DNA of 64,000 nt, taken from the NCBI RefSeq assembly GCF_902459465.1, contig NC_047064.1, forward strand, positions 3,906,001-3,970,000, written 5' to 3'. The stretch is from Asterias rubens. Taxonomy: Eukaryota. Of this stretch, positions 1 to 12,800 are shown piece by piece. A model generated the notes under the pieces. It had not been told where the DNA came from, did no database searches, and saw only the letters and a program-made list of their open reading frames with translations. The translations under genes and the position numbers were made by a program. Positions within the stretch are counted from its first letter, which is position 1; the number at the start of each line of letters is the position of its first letter.

Positions 1-347
1 AATTTGAAGGATTAAAAAGTAATTTCTTACAGCCCGTAAGCAGACATTTTGGTGCTTGGAGAGCGACCCTAGCACAGGTTTTATTTCATAAACACTCCTT
101 ACAGTTGAGTTAGCGAAGCAAAAGGCATGCTATCTTGCCACTGGTTCTTTTAACCGATGAGTGACGCAACAATGCAAATCCATAGTAAGTTTGCAAACAC
201 ATGCTGTCAAACCATCTCGCTTGTTTATAAAATACACTCTTGCTGTTTGGACATGGTTTTCTGACATTCAAAGCGCAATGAATTTGATTACTAGTAAGCA
301 GCTTTATGAAAATACAACAAATGGTGATAAACAAATATTTTGCTTAC

Positions 348-3300
348 TTGGAACGGGATATTGAGTCTCTTCTTGACGTCCAATCTGTACTCCTTCATTT
401 CTTCAGGGTTACTTGAATCAGTGACCCGTAATCTTAAGATCTCATACACTCGTCTCACTTGTTTCTGAAACAGGACAAAATATCGAGATTATTGAAAATA
501 GTTCAGTGGATGGGATGTTTATCAACTTACAAACCACAGGGTAAATCTAAAATATAAAGAAAAATTTACTAGAGCGGAACGTTAACCTTCGGATTGAATG
601 TTTGTTAAAATTTTAATAGCAGCATGATTCCTTTTAATCACTCCATGTAGTGACTCACTTTTTAAAGAATGTTTTGCTTTTGGTATGAGAATTTTTTTAT
701 TTTATTCATTACACATCCAACAGCACAACTTAGTGCCAATAGACCGATCCATTAGGCTCCGCCTACGACGCACATGTGAGCAAGAAATAGTGGGGCTCTC
801 CAATGCCTTTCTGCACAACTCTGCCGCGTGCGCCAAGATATGCTCACACATGTCGGACCTTATTTGTCGGACCTTCGTTGCGTTGTGATTGGTTAATACA
901 CAATGGGGCGGAGCTTCGTGGATCGGTCTATTACAGGATGAATAGTAACGAGAAAGTGTTCTTAGATGTGAAAGGAAAACCCCCAATGGGGGAAAACCCA
1001 TGCAATCAAGAAAGGACTGAAAACACAATCTACATGCAAGGCTCCGGTCTGAGGTGGGATTCGAACCAGGGTCCACAGAGGTGAAAGGCAGGCAAAGAAA
1101 ACACTGAGCCAACATAAACCCTCTCTGCTTTATCACATCCAATTCAAGAAAAACACCATTTTACTAACCTGTGAAAATTAAATTTTAAATGGTGGACAGG
1201 CTTTATAAAAAACAATGAACAGGAAGTGTTTTTTTTTTTCATGGAACTTTGAGCACATTCATATTGGGCTAAAAATAGACCCTTATCATGCTGCCTCCAT
1301 CTTGGTTATGTTCCTTGTGTCGCATAACGATAATGAATGCTAATAAGCATTTTGCATTTAGGAACCAGACTATCTTGTTTTTCCAGCCATGGTTTGGTAA
1401 CATTGACATCAATGGGAGAAATTCAAGACAGCTGCACTGTGATCAGGGGTGAGAGTCATTGCTAACGAAAAAGTCTGAAACTTGGATACAAATTCGGATA
1501 CAAATTCAAAGGTATGTTGAAATGAAGCCATTTCTACCGTTTGGTAACCCCTGGGGTTATAGATTCCAAGGAGCTTTTGGAAACAGTATCCAAAGCACTA
1601 GAGAAGTAGACCAATGAGCAGGATTTCTTTATTTGTGGAAACAAATATTGTCTGATTTTCTTCACCAGGCAACATAAAAAGTCTGAACAATCTCATCCCT
1701 GCCTGACAAAGGTCGATCAATTGCGGCAATCAAAACACAAATTTGTGATGTCTTCAGATGATTATTTGCATGGCTTTTACAGTATCTTATGATTAAATTA
1801 TGGGATAGGCTTAGTCCTTCCAGTACCTTGCACAGCTTCAGTTTCTCCAACGCTTGTTTCTCCATTTCTGGTGAGAAACCCTTCCCTAAGTTGGGCGGAG
1901 TGAACGCCGGCAGTTTCTGGCAATTCCTGCAGTCTACGAAATCTCTCAGTCTCACAAAGTTATCAGACGGGTCTTCAACTAAAATGTAAAATGAAAGCGA
2001 TCAGGAGACGATTTCACAAAGAGTTACATGTAGGACTAGTCCTAAGTTAGAACGAGTTGAGATAAGACTAGTCTTAACTCTTTGTGAAATCCATCCCAGA
2101 AGAATTTACCAAATGTGTTGATAAAAATCTAAATTTTTCCGTGCACAGCCACAATCATGGCTACACCTTTTGTTACAAAGACTCCACATGAACAACAGAT
2201 ACATAATGAGTAACTCCTTGTACATCTTGTATTCGACAAACTAAAGCATTTTCTTGTTAACCATTGACACAACGATTGTTGATTGATATATCAGTAACAT
2301 TGAGATAACTGCTACATCGAAAATATATTAGTAAATGGCAGAAGTGCAGAAATTAAGGTCAGGGGTTATATGAGCCAATGTGAACTATAATAAGTTCAAC
2401 AGAATTAAAGAAAGCACACAATCACATTTTGAAAGGTTGGGATGGTACAATGTAAATGATTTATGGCCCAAAACATCCCTTCACTGAATTCACCTATGTA
2501 TCTTCTTGCATATCGACATCAAGATGGACATCAATAGAAATGAACAAAAACTTTTAACCAATGGATAAATGATAAGAAACAATTCAACACTGAAAAACAA
2601 GTTGTGGTGGTGCCTAAACCTTTTCCACCAGAAAATTTTATTGTGGTTTCTGAAGCAAATGACTCAGAAAAGTGAACTTAATCACTACACTAGCTATTAA
2701 GGACCCAATGGAGGGAAGACAAGGAAGGATGTTTCAGTTTTAGATGTGGGAGGAAAACCGCTGAGAATTATTCCAGGGAAAACGCACTACATCGAGACGG
2801 ACATACTGGTTGAAACCCTCAGACAGCCTTGTTTTCCACTCACGAATTGTAATACAACAGAGTCGCAACAACTCCAGGGAGGGTCATGGGAAGGATGAAG
2901 GGAAGATGAGGGTAGGGATGGAGGAGGCAATGGGATGGGTTGGCAGGATGAAGGGTTGGTGGGGAAGCTGCTCCTAACTGAAGATCAATCTCAGAATAAG
3001 GCATCTTTTGTCATCACAGGGTAATACCATTCAGTCCTCGTCCTTATAAACTGCAAATAGGACATTCTTTGAAAAGCTCATTAGATGTAGAGTATATTTT
3101 TAAAGTTCTACAAAAGCTTAGGCGTGTCGTGGCCAAGTGGATAAGAGCACCAAACTCAAGCTCCGGAGACTCTGATCAGCGGGGTGTGGGTTCGAGTCCC
3201 AGACTCTAAACCATTATTGATTCAGCCTTGGATGGGACATAAGCAGTAGGTCCCGTGTCATGTGCAACGCGCGCAAAAGAACCCAGTGCACTTATCTTAA

Positions 3301-6300
3301 AGAGAAGGGGTTCGTCCCTGTGTTCATGGTTTGATCGGCTGCATATTGCGTCGCAGCACCATGTAAACCAATGGTGCTATGCAAAGGAATATGACTCATA
3401 CTTCAACAGGTAGCTCCGCATACCTTGTAGGATAAATACTGAGTGCTTTGAGACGCCCATCGGGAGTAGATAAAGTGTTATCTAAGAACTTCATATTATT
3501 ATTATTAAACAAAACAACAGCACAAATACTAAGCTTAACACCAACCTGTTACATCCAGTACTTTGTTATCGTTCCTGAAATGTGTGTACATTGCTTCTAG
3601 AAGGTGAACTCCGTGTCCTTGTCTCTGGAACGGTGGCAATATCAGTACTTGACTAAAAAGAAAAAAAAAAGTACAAGAATGGTAATTATGTTTTAAAACA
3701 CCTGAAAAATATCTTCTTTGAAGGTTATACACATGAAAACACAAAATCTCAACATAGTTTCGCTTACATGGCTTTAACGATCAATAAAAATACAGAGTTC
3801 TTATATAGCGCTTTAACATGATTGGGGGGGGGGGGGGTCTTAAGCACTCAGTATTTTTCCTTTTCGCTTTTTTCCCCTTTATTTAGCACCATGTACATGA
3901 TGTAATGGTTTACAAGTTGCTGTGGTGCAATATACCACTAATTGAACCATATTACCAGGGTGAACCCCTTCTCCTTACAACAATTGCACTGGGTTCTTTT
4001 ATGTGCATTACACAACACATGGGACCTACTGCTTTACATCCCATCCGAAGGACGCAGCAATAATGGCGAAGTGTGTCCAGCTTAGGGGCATGAGTGTCAA
4101 GATTGGGACTCGATCCCCCACTCTGCTAAATCAAAAACACCGAGTCTGGTGCTCTTATCCGCTCGGCCACAACAATATACCAGAACCTGAAACAATATAT
4201 TTTTAATTTTAAAATCTTGTAACACCTAAAACATTTGTAAAGCAAACAACATTACTGATGTTGAAATGGAAAGAGTAACACTGAAAAATCAAAGCAAGAA
4301 CTGTAAGATCAGATAACAAGCCCATTCTAAGATAACCAGGATTAACAAAAGTGAACCCTTTCACTGTGGCTCAAAAACCTACTTATCCAACCGGAAAAGG
4401 AAAAGAAAGTCTGGTTACTTTTTCATGGAGTTTCAAAGTGTACTATGATCATGAGTTAGGGTCTGTGGTACCATACCTTATTCTAGGCCTTATGAGGTCG
4501 GGATAGGCATAGTATCTGTAGGCTGTAGCGTACCCGGCGACAGCGTATCTCTTGTTACCATCCACTGAATATCTCTCAAATCTAAAAAAAACCCAAAAAA
4601 AAACAATAGTTTTTCAGGAGAAAATAAAAGAAAGTTCAGCATTCCTGATTTCTTGTGTGAGACCTTTGTAATCTTGGTGTAAGTTTTGTAAAAAAGACCC
4701 CAAAAACCAGAGACCTTTCTGCTTGAAAACATTAAACCTAGAAACATTACAATAGAATAGCTTTTAGAACAGAATACCTTCCTCATAAGATTACATTCTT
4801 CAAATCTGTGAGTTAGCATGATTGATAAATATAGTGAAAATTACCAATGCAAGTTTCAGTGAAAGAGGTTTTCAAAGTAATAGAATGGTTTTTGTATGAT
4901 TTGGGGTAAAGTTTAATAGGAAAACAAAAGGGTTGGTCATTCTATGCTTGCTATAATACTGTGGTAGATCTAGGAAAGTTCACAGTAACTACCACCACAT
5001 TTACCTTACATATCGGTAAAAAATTAGTTAATGGCTGATGTTTTGACCCTAGCAGAGTCTTTCTCGAAGGCTCTTCTAGGGTCAAAACGTCAGGCCTTGA
5101 ACTATTTTGTTTGCATTTAGTGTAAAGGTCCCTTTGGTTGGTAGGCAGTTTCCAACAGCTAATTCTATTTCTCTCTTAAATATCAGTAATAAGGTTTTAT
5201 GAAAGATAAACTTGATACAATGAAATAAGATCATTCAAAGAAGGGGCAAAGTTTGGAGAACTTGTGGGTTGGAGGTAGTCCGGTTCAGGGTGGGAAATCT
5301 TTTGAACTGGTCCAACTTACATAGTATAATAATCCCACTTCTCATCATCTGTGTCAATGTATGATGCTGCATCGATGTACCACCACAAGAATGTCTGCAA
5401 TCTCTCATGGTATTCTTTAAACCCAGGGGTCGTGATGCTGTTGGAGTAGACCTCGAAGTGTCGGGCTGGCCCCTCCCCTTCCACTGAATATGCATGAAGG
5501 AGATCACCCATTGGCTGGAAAGTGCTGTCGTCTGATATCACCGTTAGGAACTTGTCGAGGTTGTCCAGTGGTTGGATCTCCAGTTGGTCGATGATGGTTT
5601 TCAGGACATTGTCAGCCTGGAGTTTGCAGAGAAGATCATTTTGTTAAATACAGGGGTGAGAGTCATTACTAAAGAAAAAGTCTGAAACTTGGATACAAAT
5701 TCAAAGGTTTGTTGAAATGATGCCATTTCTACCTGTTGGTAACCCCTGGGTTATAGATTCCAAGGAGCTTTTGGAAACAGTATCCAAAGCATTAGAGAAG
5801 TATACCAATGAGCAGGATTTCTTTATTTGTGGAAACAAATATTGTCTGACTTTTCTTCACCAGGCCCACATAAAAAGTCTGAATTCAGCAAAAAGTCTGA
5901 ACAATCTCATCCCTGTAATTAACAATCTTGGTATTATTTTCCAGCGAGTTGACCAGCCATTTGAAACCATTCAATGGGAACTTTGGAACGCTAGGTGGCA
6001 GCGGCTTACCAGATAAATTAATTTCCATTGATTATGTTGTTCTGAGCATGCGCACATAAAAAAGAACAATGGATCTACCTGGTAAGTATGCTGCCACCTA
6101 GTGACCCAAAAGTCCCCAATAGCACAGGTTTGTGTATGGCGGCTAGCATGGTTTCAGTAATAAATACCTGGGACAGTTTATCCATCCTGATTGGTCGAGA
6201 GGGGATCACATGAGCATGTTTAAAAAAGCAATTGAAATATAGTAAGGAGTGTTTTCAAATGGCCTGAGGAAATTGGGTCAAAAGAGGGCGCTATCAGATG

Positions 6301-9142
6301 ATTGCTTATTTCACATCCTAATTTAAGTTAGGTTGATATTGGGCTCACGCAAGTTCAAAACTTATGTCCGATAGCTTGAAACTTAAGGGGCGCGAGGAAC
6401 TTGCGGGAGGAGCTACTTAGTGCTCAACATGGATAGAAGTTCAATGCAGAGTCTAAACAGCTCAGGCTAAACTGTCAGATTTGTTCTCAACTTTTCAAAG
6501 TTTTTTTTTGGTCAACGTTTATATGAATGGGACTGAAAGACCAGCTTCTCAGACTTAAACTGCGGCTTAAAACTTAGCAGGGCAATCGGCTTTTCATTGA
6601 TATTACCTTGACACCATCAAACAGCTTACTGTTGACCTTACTGCTAGAGGTCATGTGAAGGTAGGGAACAAGTCTAGCCGCTGTAAAGTACAGCTGCACC
6701 TTCAGGCCCTTGTAGCCAAAGATGTTCTCACTGAAACAATGAAGTAACAAAAGTTGGAATTGTACTTAATTATCAGCAAGATTGTTGACAACTTTCCTAT
6801 ATGTGAAAGGGCTCCCCTTTAGCACTAGCCCAGCATACAATGTCTATTAAAATTTGCTATCCCATGCTATTAAACATCACTTCTCAACTTGCCCAGTCCT
6901 GTGAACTACTAAAAACTGTGCAGCAACCTCGTTTAAAAATAAAATGCTCATATCTTCTTAAACAACTTGACTTTAAACCTATTCTTCTCGGGTTTATTCT
7001 CTCACATCTCTCTCACAACTTTTGAACCAAAGGTGGTTTTAATATGGGGTATTACAAAATTTAACACATAGGTTGTGCTCTTTTCAAATGTATAACTTTT
7101 TGGTAAATGACCTTGGTCGACAAACGACTAAAATGAGTCTCACCTTTGGCCGAAGAGCTGGTGAGTAAACTCCGGCTGGAAGATCTTGTCATCGTTAAAC
7201 ACATCCGCCTCCTCTCGGACTGTAAGGGCAGAAGGGAGATGGTGTAAGGGTTTAAGAGATGCTAGGTGTTTAATTTACTAAAAATTGGGTTTAAGATCAA
7301 TATTTATTTAAAGGTATGGGCCCTACCTTTGTTTTTTTGGGGGACCGTTCGGTTCTTTTAATCTTATATGTGCACAGCCACAATCATGTGTACACTTTTT
7401 GTTACAAAGGCACCAATTGAACAACAGATAAATGTTGAGTATCTCTTTGCAGATCTTGTAATTTATTCGACAAACTTTTTTCATTTATCATTGACACAGT
7501 GATTATTAATTGATAGAACTGTACAATAAAAAGTAACCTGTGAAAAATTGATTTTGAAAGGTGGTAGGCTATTGCCAATATCAACCATTTATACCCCTGG
7601 GTGAGAAGAAAAGCAAATTTAGTGAAGTGTCTTGCTCAAGGACACAAGTGTTATGACCGGGATTCAAACCCACACCCCAATGACTTAACCACCAGAACTT
7701 GAAGTTTACGCTCTAAACCACTCGGCCATAACGCCCTACAGAATGCTAAACAGAATACAGACATTATAAATGGAAGTGTCGTGGCTGAGCGGTTAAGAGC
7801 ACCGAATTCAAACTCTGGTGTTTCTAATCAGCAGAGTGTAGGTTCGAATCCCCAGCGGTGAAACTGGTGTCCTTAAGTAAGATACATAACCATTGCTTCG
7901 TCCTTCGGATGGGACGTAAAGCCGTTGGTCCCATGTGTTATGTAACGCATGTAAAAGAACCCAGTGCACTTATCGAAAAGAGAAGGGGTTCGCCCCGGTG
8001 TTCCTGGTCCAATCGGCAGCAAATTGCGCCACAGCACCTTGTCAAGCATTACATGGAGTATCAGAATTAGGTCTCATAATTCAAACGTAGTTCCACATCT
8101 CGCAGGAAATACTGTATGTTAAAGCGCCATAAGAAGCCATAATTATTTTTATTATTATAAACGCAAAACTAATCACCTCACGGCCTGTGTCAGTGTACTA
8201 GCAGAGGAAACGTGAACTACTTCTTTGCTTGTTGTTTAGTATTATATTAGAAACTCACCTAACTTCAGTTCAATTACATCATTTGAGGAACAGACAAACT
8301 CCTCCAGCACATTTTTCATGAGAGTCACATCTGGAGAGAAAAAAACAGGCCAGGACATTCAATGTTGTTGGAAAACAAGTATTACTATAATGTCAAAAAC
8401 TCAAAGATTGTATATCTTTTATTTTTTTATATATTTTTTTAATCATATGAGATGTATGCTAACTTCAAAAGGGCGGACGGCCACTTCAGAACGTAGGGTG
8501 AGGGTTACATTGGATAACTTTCCGTATGGCGCCACCACTTTTTCACTCATTTTTACAAAAAGGGATATCTCATTGACTTTGGAAACTTTGAGGTAAATTA
8601 GATGCTATTTTATTTCCTATCGAATATGGCTGTCAACCCAAATCAACCGCCGCCACCTGTGACATAGGTGGGGGACATAGGTGGGGGACATAGAGACTTT
8701 AGAGTCATTGCCACCTACGCATGGTACTGAAAATGTCCCGTAACGGGAGATGATAGCGGAATGAAACCGCATAGTTCGAGGAGTAACTAGCAGTAGCACA
8801 AGCAGATCCTGCAATGATCCAGTCCAATTGCGAGTACAGTGCCCAGTGTCATTCGATGTGTGCCAACATACACACCTGTATTCATGGTATTCTTTCTACA
8901 GTTTTTACACTACTTGATTCCTACAGACATTTGACGTGAGATTGGCACCTGCCAGATTTGGGACATCGTCATCTACAGGACACGGACAGTGAGTTAATTT
9001 TTGATAACAAAACCTCTCCAAAATAAACTGTGTGTGTACATAAAAACCATTAATTTATTATGCCAGGAAATTGTAGCAAAGAAAGTAAAGTACAAGTCAA
9101 CAACAGTAATAAAGTGAAGAGTGCTTCCGACTTACCCGCCAT
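348..9142 (-). CDS. HAT1: Histone acetyltransferase type B catalytic subunit; 3'-incomplete (last exon lies left of the window). Coding exons: 9142-9136, 8330-8259, 7219-7144, 6730-6607, 5616-5321, 4581-4477, 3652-3546, 1978-1827, 464-348
   Basis: All junctions are GT-AG with consistent phases. Translation reads MADVTLMKNVLEEFVCSSNDVIELKLVREE...FQPEFTHQLFGQSENIFGYKGLKVQLYF...GFKEYHERLQTFLWWYIDAASYIDTDDEKW...RPRISQVLILPPFQRQGHGVHLLE (acetyl-CoA motif A)...VEDPSDNFVRLRDFVD...KQVRRVYEILRL...YRLDVKKRLNIPFQ, the recognisable HAT1 sequence. Confidence 0.97.
740..930. mobile_element. MITE with TAGACCGATCCA..AGCTCCGCC inverted ends
   Basis: tagaccgatccattaggctccgcc ... ggcggagcttcgtggatcggtcta. Confidence 0.7.
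1444..1701 (+). mobile_element. ~260-bp element with CAGGG(G/A)TGAGA inverted ends (hAT-like MITE), copy 1
   Basis: Nearly identical to 5651-5915; no 8-bp TSD was found. Confidence 0.7.
2010..2091. mobile_element. Short palindromic element (GATTTCACAAAGAGTT inverted ends); related copies near 51942, 52942, 53340 and 61081
   Basis: 16-bp perfect terminal inverted repeat with internal ggactagtcc/agactagtct palindromes. Confidence 0.65.
3121..3506 (+). mobile_element. tRNA-derived SINE, near full length
   Basis: A box (tggccaagtgg), B box (ggttcgagtccc), conserved body ggatgggac...aagaacccagtgcac...gaaggggttcg and an (ATT)n tail. Confidence 0.85.
3782..4173 (-). mobile_element. tRNA-derived SINE, near full length
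   Basis: Reverse complement of the same SINE head and body. Confidence 0.8.
5651..5915 (+). mobile_element. Same element, copy 2
   Basis: caggggtgagagtc ... caatctcatccctg. Confidence 0.7.
7584..7736 (-). mobile_element. tRNA-derived SINE, short variant, head-to-head with the next copy
   Basis: Minus strand reads tggccgagtgg...gggtttgaatccc...gtgtccttgagcaagacact...cccaggggtataaatgg. Confidence 0.75.
7772..8158 (+). mobile_element. tRNA-derived SINE, near full length
   Basis: tggctgagcgg (A box), ggttcgaatccc (B box), shared body and an AT-rich tail. Confidence 0.88.
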
Positions 9143-9836
9143 ATTTTCGACATTTCGCGGGGTTATCCACAGTACAGAGTGAACTTTGACCTTGTTTCCG
9201 ATTGGCAAGATTGGCGTACTGACTTGATAAATGCATAAAGCAACTTAGTGAAGTCTAATCGCCAGACAAGTAATAAACTTGCTTTAAATACATTGGCAGA
9301 ATATGTGTCTGCAAAATTGTTTACTTCATTCATAGGAAATAAATGTCCTTAATTTAAAGTTAACATAATAAATTCTGACTATCAGGATGAATTATTTCGT
9401 TAAAGTGAAAAATAAAAGCTAACATCCGGCGTTTAAAATAAAAATAAGTACCGGTGGATTTGTAGCGAGTTTAAAGTAAATTCCATGCGGAAATTTTGCA
9501 AGCCGCCAATCAAATCATTCCAATCGCGTGCTGAAGCCCATATTTGGATGTTAACTTACTTTATATGGTTCGAATGGGTACGTGACTCATTACCATAAAG
9601 CAACCCTCGACTCGATTTATTTCTCGCGTGTGTCGAATATCGGCGAGAATCTCCCGGGTCGAACTCTCTCTTCGGTGTTGTGGCGGTTTATATCTGAATA
9701 ACTAAATTCATGTATTTTACAAATAATTTACTCTTCAAAAGGTTGTGACCCATATTCTTGTAAATCACATATAGATATGTGAGTTTGGAGTGTTTTGTAG
9801 ATCTCCCCCCTCGAAGCAATACATCAAGACTTCAAG
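9143..9836. promoter_or_regulatory. Bidirectional promoter shared by HAT1 and aralar
   Basis: The divergent ATGs are about 700 nt apart. The region is CpG-enriched relative to the introns, with ATTGG at 9201 and 9210 and CCAAT at 9506 and 9520. Confidence 0.7.
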
Positions 9837-12800
9837 ATGTTTCAAACTGCAAGTTGTATGTCGGCACCGGGAGCGCAGGTAAACATGCACAAACTTTGCA
9901 TCCTCGGGGTTTCGCACTTTGCATGCCCCCTTCCTTATTTTAATATTTAAATAAACGTTTTAAAATTAAGAATACATATTACAACTTACAAGTTGACGAT
10001 GCAAAGACAACAATCAAAACCCTGCCAAATAACAAGTCTCATAAGTGCCCATGCCCATCTATGGACTAACACTACAGTAAAACAGATCATCACAACATCC
10101 TGTCATTTTAAATAAATGATGGTGAAGTTAAGTTTTATTTGTAAAAGTTTTGAGTGAGTTGGAAATGAGAGGGGGGGGGGGGGCCGGGGTGTCTATGGTT
10201 GCAGCATGGAGGCTCCATGGTTGCAGGTAGGTACCGTCTGTCCAATGTTATTTCGGAAAGGTTTCCGTTATTCCTGTCCAACCACCGTGACAAACCTTAA
10301 TATTTGGGTTAATAAAACTCTATTGTTAGACAATTGGAATTTTCATGTATGGATGTGGATTGGAGCTCCCTCGACCATACCTTAACTAAGTTTTTAGCAA
10401 ATAAATCAGACAAACTCTACCGTGTAATCCCCCCCCTCCCCTCCTAAAATAAACATTAGATCAAACACAAATTTGACCAAATGAAACAACCTATTAAAAA
10501 TAAAAGTATACTTTATGATTGTGAAAATAACGTTCATTTGATTTTGATCTGTCTGAGGTAATAAAACCTTTACATTAAATGACTCTTTCTGATCATTTTT
10601 CGACAATGATTGATTGATATGAGTAAATACCTTGCTCGACTTGCTCGGCGCTGTATTCCTTTTTTTTCTTCTTTTAATAGCGGTCCTGCTACGTAGTACA
10701 ACCGATAATGGACAAATTTGAAAAAAAAGAGTAGGGTAGGCGCCCCAGTTACTTGGTCTCACCTGTTTGCAGTCATTCCAAGGCTACATTTGGCTTTTTG
10801 TCTGACTGACCCTTTTGCGAAGGTCATTTATGGAATCTACTACATTACTTTAGAGGGAGCCGTTTCTCACAATGTTTTATACTATCAACAGCTCTCCATT
10901 GATTGTTAAAGCCATTGGACCCTTTCGGTAAACAGTGTTGCCCAAGGCCCACACTTTGTGTACCACAACTTCTATACCAAATAACAAACCTGTGAAAATT
11001 TAGGCTCAATCGGTCATCGGAGTCGGGAGAAAACAACGGAAAAACCCACCCTTGTTTCCGCGCGTTTCGCCGTGTCATGACATGTGTTTAAAATAAATCC
11101 GTAATTCTCGTTAACGAGAATTTATATTGTTTTGCTGTTTTCTCAAAAAGTAAAGCACTTCATGGAATAATATTTCAAGAGAAGTCTTTCACCAGTGCCT
11201 TCTGTAAACCCTGAAAGTTATTTGTAAATCTGTGAATTTTTTTTATTTTTTTATTGAACCGAAAGGGTCCAATGGCTTTAACAAGTAAGATTTTATGCTA
11301 ACGGTGATACCAATAGTATCCAGTGCCTTTAACACTTAAATGTTTTTTGTTTTGTTTTTCTTCTAGACCCTTCATCTTGTAAAGAGAGCAGACACGGCTC
11401 AGCTGAGGCAGATTTTCTCCAAGGTCAGTTATTATTTGGCTAATGGTTTTCATGTCTAAACATTTGGCCACATTCCCTGGGCGTTGTTTTGTAATCTATT
11501 CATTGCTTCTTCCCCAAATTGCCAAACGAAACAAAAGAGGAAACTGTGTGGTCTTACAAGTTAAAGTGATGAGTGTAAAGTTTTGTATTCTTCATTGCTT
11601 TTCCCAGCACTGCCAATTGAAACAAAACAGGAAACAGTTTTGTCCTACAAGTTGAAGTGATGAGTAAAAATTTCAAGTGAAGAGTCAGAATTCCTAACTG
11701 ATTAGTTTTGCTGATTACTATTAGGCAAGACATTTTTGGCATGATGTATTTCTGTACTAAAGAAAATTCCTTCCCATCATAGAAAACCAAATCATAGAAT
11801 TGGGTTCCTATACTTCCTGGCCTTAAAAGCTGACCTAGAAATAGTAATTGCCCTTAGTGGATAACCCTGGTACGATAACGCAAGGCAGGCGTGCATTTTG
11901 AAGGGATAAATCGTGTGATTATTTGCACTCATGTGGAGGCTTTTAGGTGTGCGATGGTATGCGGGTGCGATTCATGCTGCAAAAAAAAGAAGGACTGAAA
12001 TTAACCCCTTGTGCACATCAAACGTTGCGACTGTGCCAATGCTTACTTCACTGTATAACACACAGTGATGCAGAGTATCCTTTGTTTTTGTTTTTAGTAT
12101 GCTGGAGTAGACAAAGATGGAGAAAAGTTCATGAATGCTGAGGATTTTATCCGCGGTTTCCTGGGAATGCAACCAGAAAGAAACTACAATCCTCACACTA
12201 TGAAGCTGCTTGCTGGCGTTGTGGACCAGACAAAAGACGGGTAGGTTATTGAACAGATTGCTTCCTTAAAACTAATACTTGTCTTGCGCGAGGTGAATAT
12301 TAGCCCATTTTAAGATAACACAGTCCATGGTTGCACTTTCAGCTACCATGCCGGCTTATGCAACATAATATTAACAATATCAAAATCTTATATAGCGCAC
12401 GTATCTACCAAACAAGGTACTCAAGGTGCTGAGTATATACAAACTTTTAGAAAGATAGGTTATTGCAGTGATGAATTTTGAGACCCAATTAGTTAGCACC
12501 TTATAAGGGTTTACAAGGTGCTAGGGCCCATTAAGCAGCCGCAGCCAGGAACACCGGGGCGAACCCTTTCTCTTTTCGATAAGTGCACTGGGTTCTTTAA
12601 CATGCGTTACACAGCACATGGGACCAACGGCTTTACGTCCCATCCGAAAGACAAAAGACTCTTGCATTGTCTAATGCATCAAGGACTTCCAGAATGTAGG
12701 TTTCATTTGAAGCACAACTTGGATTAAAGACAGCAAAAGCACTGGGCATCATGGCAATTGCTGTAGGCGCTATAGTTTTTTTTTTATCTAATGAATATTC

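Noticed and set aside
8927-8988. Plus-strand exon-like segment (cctacag ... gtgagt) within HAT1 intron 1
   Set aside because: Only splice-like dinucleotides support it; no partner exon or coding signal. RNA-seq junctions would be needed.
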